The notes under the pieces were generated by a model. That model was given only the letters and a program-made list of their open reading frames with translations. It made no database searches and was not told the origin of the DNA. This document shows, piece by piece, positions 28,001 to 28,377 of a DNA stretch of 28,377 bases (position 1 is the stretch's first letter; each line of letters opens with the position of its first letter). The position numbers were made by a program, and so were the translations under genes. Source of the DNA: a virus; IMG/VR virus record IMGVR_UViG_3300023192_003818, positions 1-28,377 of that record. One strand, written 5' to 3'.

Positions 28001-28377
28001 CTAAATCCCAAGCTTGGGTATTATTTTTATCTTTTCCTCCAAATTCATTTATTCTTAAAACAGTATTAGGAATTCCATATGACGTAATTAATGCCCTTAA
28101 ACCTGCTTTTGTTCCTTTTGTTTTAAGTAAATAAGGAATGTTATGGTATATACGTTTATATAAACGCTTATTAGCATCATCTAACGGTATTATATCATTT
28201 GACGCTGATACGCGTGTATCTATGTATTCAAACCCATTATTCACGGGAATTGTGCTACTTATATTATTAACAGGGAATGTATCAAAAGTTGATGTAAATC
28301 CTAGAAAAGCATTATATAAATCATCAACATTAAATTTATTAGAATATAATTTAATTCCAAATTCTTTAATAGCATCA
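22098..28377 (-). CDS. Very large baseplate-wedge-like structural protein (5' end outside the window)
   Basis: Frame stays open from GTG 28244 to the window edge (DAIKEFGIKLYSN...). IYHNIPYLLKTKGTKAGLRALITSYGIP resembles the KGT motif of P2 gpI/T4 gp7-type wedge proteins; FIPARMSLSSGVVVKQHILER. Confidence 0.75.
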   Translation of the reverse strand, partial: DAIKEFGIKLYSNKFNVDDLYNAFLGFTSTFDTFPVNNISSTIPVNNGFEYIDTRVSASNDIIPLDDANKRLYKRIYHNIPYLLKTKGTKAGLRALITSYGIPNTVLRINEFGGKDKNNTQAWDLEQDVFNYAFDTGEDANNFISSSWDSNPKFPSGDSSPASVQFRFKSPSIPSPTNNIASTSIRYSQSLFSTDDGGNVVLEYTGYGFVSGSYSGSVASPYDTYGRLKFIPAADDDPSLSASVYLPFFNEDWWAVQINVNSNTASLYVANEIDGKVGFNESSSNTGFDGSFWGDASIGYLNKGVDVTPSGLGVYQPFSGSFQELRYWTQSPSQNNFYDYTVNPYSTEGNGINGTPDQLYFRAALGTQLDTGSRTSIHPRVTGSASQITSSFDVGSEFFISGEKWVTNVENIFQDQVPAGIKNRVTDKIQIKNSNQPSDNQLSPFISLEQTSVNSGSYGPDINYLEVVFSPQDEINDDINAQLGYFNIGEYIGDPRQISSSDRSYTDLDILRDSYFNKYIKSYDVRDFIRLMKFFDNSLFNMIKDFIPARMSLSSGVVVKQHILERNRQRPAQISTEDQQYLGTIKPQSRNYNTGSGDTGQYEYNSGSSIYRFKGGTGGTFEIFNGLYTSPSASAYGLTNRFEITQSWFETKKGKLGQETVEVWDQAEFYDGVFSGSCIIATQQDLNPDCNPYIQVIDTPLNFNPIFFNVDIGSHIGGTVNSSDFSNPKNSPINGYAWFLTLFNADLNEYEVTHIKLSNVDINGNQISDFITYDLNFITFTFPEGSKKYFINGFQVNSSNILLTIDQSQGDYSTEDLTENKGSENWSLYVDGNFSSSQDTDNQSQGELKRATPIQLQYFQYWNGTLNDDQNFMDTGSVNFTSSNLFTNDNFDKGTYNPQRTSNIPWIISASIYYSASDNGATGSFFNTLGIYHSGSSTAKTINFTEGQTSSFNPGTKIVDLEENYFSVSEWDSNLEGNIWSYDNAGATSSGHPMILSSGSASFDFHFDDLNIGTVTDMGADKSFYYPFSGSGWNLLNLDFEGYESGGGEPGGNGVFNKEHEDGRWEFDADSFLETNSVTSLQLKFYLDIDGEGGKRLGLTYSRTTSSLSGGWTPIESNPIVAGQAAFYYILNKAWFVSRLGNDSRPFYFRMEVQTDTDFEYIIDNWQCAYEYNDESGNNSGDSFIQSQGTLLQPALMNLNLTSGNNEGTADIRVILKNTSSAGDYEITSSDTLSSQIISSSGYYNFTDSPISGTTPHSNLTESMYYVQYEFTNITSSIKVGFQKDNDYPKLYITQSIKVGTEETFRLTGSLRVYQGNKNDSNIEEGDIILSEDFIVPDSSSKDRVTISGSFQGNFDYDDAFRMAIHVNKSLNGGLTISEYTMSIHPNDSVLSPLDEPYEYGNFNEPTSSAVILPTFFGSGVLPFNLALDCQPLLNNYVNSRDNTWLMEVDYTTDIYNPINSASIFEGTATPAKVPDSNYSSLSIITSRYIGSKSTSERLNVWTPKDTGTYGKLPTIELRTAFFGYFDSIRDVYPNLNDTVNINLTYLIDEEGNAIPPSLQGTGLTTLIQSFPEGGLASISINSGSKELKELNSLYPTHLVGKLITPILYTQTSSIGYSRDIPLTGSGRISLYDNDDENAFDDYSFSALGSSSLDGLPSKTIYKVLDPTEEIEVKSYATNPYSLGIITFPGGDPGIGDNLGDTQHIFLETSFTTNWLYNSNGAELNVKLSLLSGSNNIPFELEDIFLIVHKKGGKSFNVGSVIGKNNDIVRFIKINSVNKFTHFNKRLSKNSTHAIGLNSSSQIEIVLLNRAIKTFLKQKGLYKSGDGGIEDKGDIVALEWGIKANSGNYIFNRNDIIKWEINGEINKSKGKIQSVFYPEGYEGKKLPTKITNFGSKSHLLSGDNTGSAPFWVFTGSAGGGNDILDQRILIMSSSNINEAYGGSHYQGELNYEVGPSEYHPGGEEPEGTRFDTIIYPINFEEGDEIRFGNNENYTYKIKKITPPQQNIESDGKGRLKIELDKEVPTSINKDFFLVRRYIDNANSILLGLTYPYSNPPKESSTSGLLFPEFPVISLQENASEIITNLIGKGVIK

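Noticed and set aside
1-28377. tRNA or rRNA genes
   Set aside because: No intergenic segment with cloverleaf/T-loop features or rRNA-like composition was found by eye.

Overview
AT-rich fragment of a large tailed-phage genome. Every supported gene is on the minus strand, tightly packed, and reads in the standard code. TTTG-N20-TAnnTT promoter-like elements, A-rich starts without obvious Shine-Dalgarno sequences and a lipobox signal point to a Bacteroidota host (inference). In transcription order (right to left): (1) a virion structural block with a >2090-aa baseplate-wedge-like protein cut by the window edge, three tail-collar/baseplate-like proteins and a tail-fibre-like protein; (2) a GIY-YIG nuclease, a Toprim primase and a PD-(D/E)xK exonuclease; (3) small membrane or exported proteins; (4) a ~12-kb block of acidic modular proteins. 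Several of these share an N-terminal M(K/D/N)(N/D)F(N/D)(L/I/Y)K tag and have domains separated by (L/I/V)-x-E motifs. One is a 992-aa seven-module polyvalent protein (HIGH nucleotidyltransferase, DUF5661-like, ADP-ribosyltransferase-like, HExxH peptidase, two unknown domains, HAD nucleotidase), near a zeta-toxin-like kinase. The best candidate novel system is a capsid-packaged, prohead-protease-processed effector cargo; (5) an unannotated 22-aa, 9-Cys metallothionein-like micro-ORF, a SLOG/DUF2493 gene and a COG2509-type FAD oxidoreductase. Three intergenic gaps hold decayed homing-endonuclease fragments missed by the ORF track. All family calls come from motif recognition by eye; no database searches were run.
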